In this document: positions 63,240 through 64,000 of the stretch, one piece after another
Layout of the letters: every line of letters starts with the position of its first letter
How positions within the stretch are numbered: position 1 is the stretch's first letter
Source: Octopus sinensis
Lineage: Eukaryota
Reading direction: 5' to 3'
DNA: 64,000 bases
Assembly (NCBI RefSeq): GCF_006345805.1
Contig: NC_043010.1
Span: 16,182,001 to 16,246,000 of the forward strand
Translations under genes and position numbers: made by a program
Notes under the pieces: generated by a model
Told to the model about the DNA's origin: nothing
Seen by the model: only the letters and a program-made list of their open reading frames with translations
Databases searched by the model: none

Positions 63240-64000
63240 TGAAGCAGTGTCCACTTCCTGTGAACTAAGCTGGTACTTTTCAAATCACAAGCACTTTGCA
63301 GACACTCTTTGCATTGCCAAGTAATGCTCTTTCCTGAATGTGCTCTATCTTCATGTTTATGCCTATCTTTTCCTACTACTTTTTCAATTTCCTTTGCTTA
63401 CTGTACCCAAGGACTTCAACAATTAATGGCACAATGTACACGTTTTTCATTGACTACAAATTTTGGATTTCTCTATTCAGAACTTCATATCATACAAGTT
63501 TTTCTCTCCTTTTCTTTCTTTTTTTTTTTTTTTTTAATGGTTATTTTACTGTCCCCAGAGCACATGATGTCTATGATTGAGCATAATTTTTCTCCCTTGT
63601 CTACCAGCACAATATCAGGTTTTGAATGTTCTATTCTGTGATCACATTGGATCATGAAATCCCAAAGTATCTTTGCTCTGGTTGTTTTCTGCTGCACTCT
63701 CTTGCTCATGTTTATACCATTTTCTTGCCTTTTCTATTCCAAATTTGTTCCACAGTTCCTAGTGAACCATTCTGGCAATATTGTCATGCCTTCTCTTGTA
63801 TTCTTTCTAAGTCATTTTGCTTCATTTGCTTAAAATATGTCACGCTCTCCAGTTTCACCACACAATCTGCATTTATTAGGTTCTAAGGAATGGTCTTTTC
63901 TGTGTAGTTGATGTAGTTTATTTGCAATACTTATTCCAGTGCTGTGCATATCAAGACCTCTGTTTCAGGTTAATTTTTGTCCACACCATCTTTTACCTGG
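63240..64000 (-). mobile_element. R4/Dong-type LINE 3' fragment (CCHC knuckle plus restriction-like endonuclease), runs off the window
   Basis: NKCRLCGE, KEYKRRHDNIARMVH, KWYKHE, KILWDFMIQCDHRIEHSKPDIVLVDKGEKLCSIIDIMCSGD (RHD and PD..D motifs); stops and frameshifts. Confidence 0.9.

Overview
AT-rich, repeat-dense eukaryotic DNA with no long ORF. The repeat families (tRNA-headed SINEs, (GAT)n-tailed RTE-related repeats, very long TA/TG microsatellites) look like those I recall from Octopus; this is inference, not a database result. The window appears to be the 5' end of one large plus-strand gene: a CpG-rich promoter/first exon at about 1 kb, several candidate non-coding or alternative first exons (ending 1936, 13877, 16505, 32063), and one convincing start-codon exon at 51613-51703. 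That exon encodes MTETAHQVNGPSSPSSKFIDTI, which resembles adducin/hts N-termini (only 22 aa, tentative). The introns hold decayed RTE, CR1-type and R4/Dong-type LINEs, a Tc1/mariner transposase relic, TTAA-flanked MITEs and about 30 SINE-like copies. The best find is at 11583-12929: a roughly 1.35-kb tail-out palindrome of two Penelope-like retroelement 3' ends (GIY-YIG endonuclease remnants). Each arm ends in a minimal type I hammerhead ribozyme motif; the left one has an intact catalytic core with a GUC site, and the right one is cut by a 100-N assembly gap exactly at its cleavage nucleotide. All ORFs in the supplied track are either microsatellite or low-complexity artefacts, pieces of decayed TEs, or unassignable. 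All alignments were made by eye and most repeat boundaries are approximate (+/-10-20 bp).
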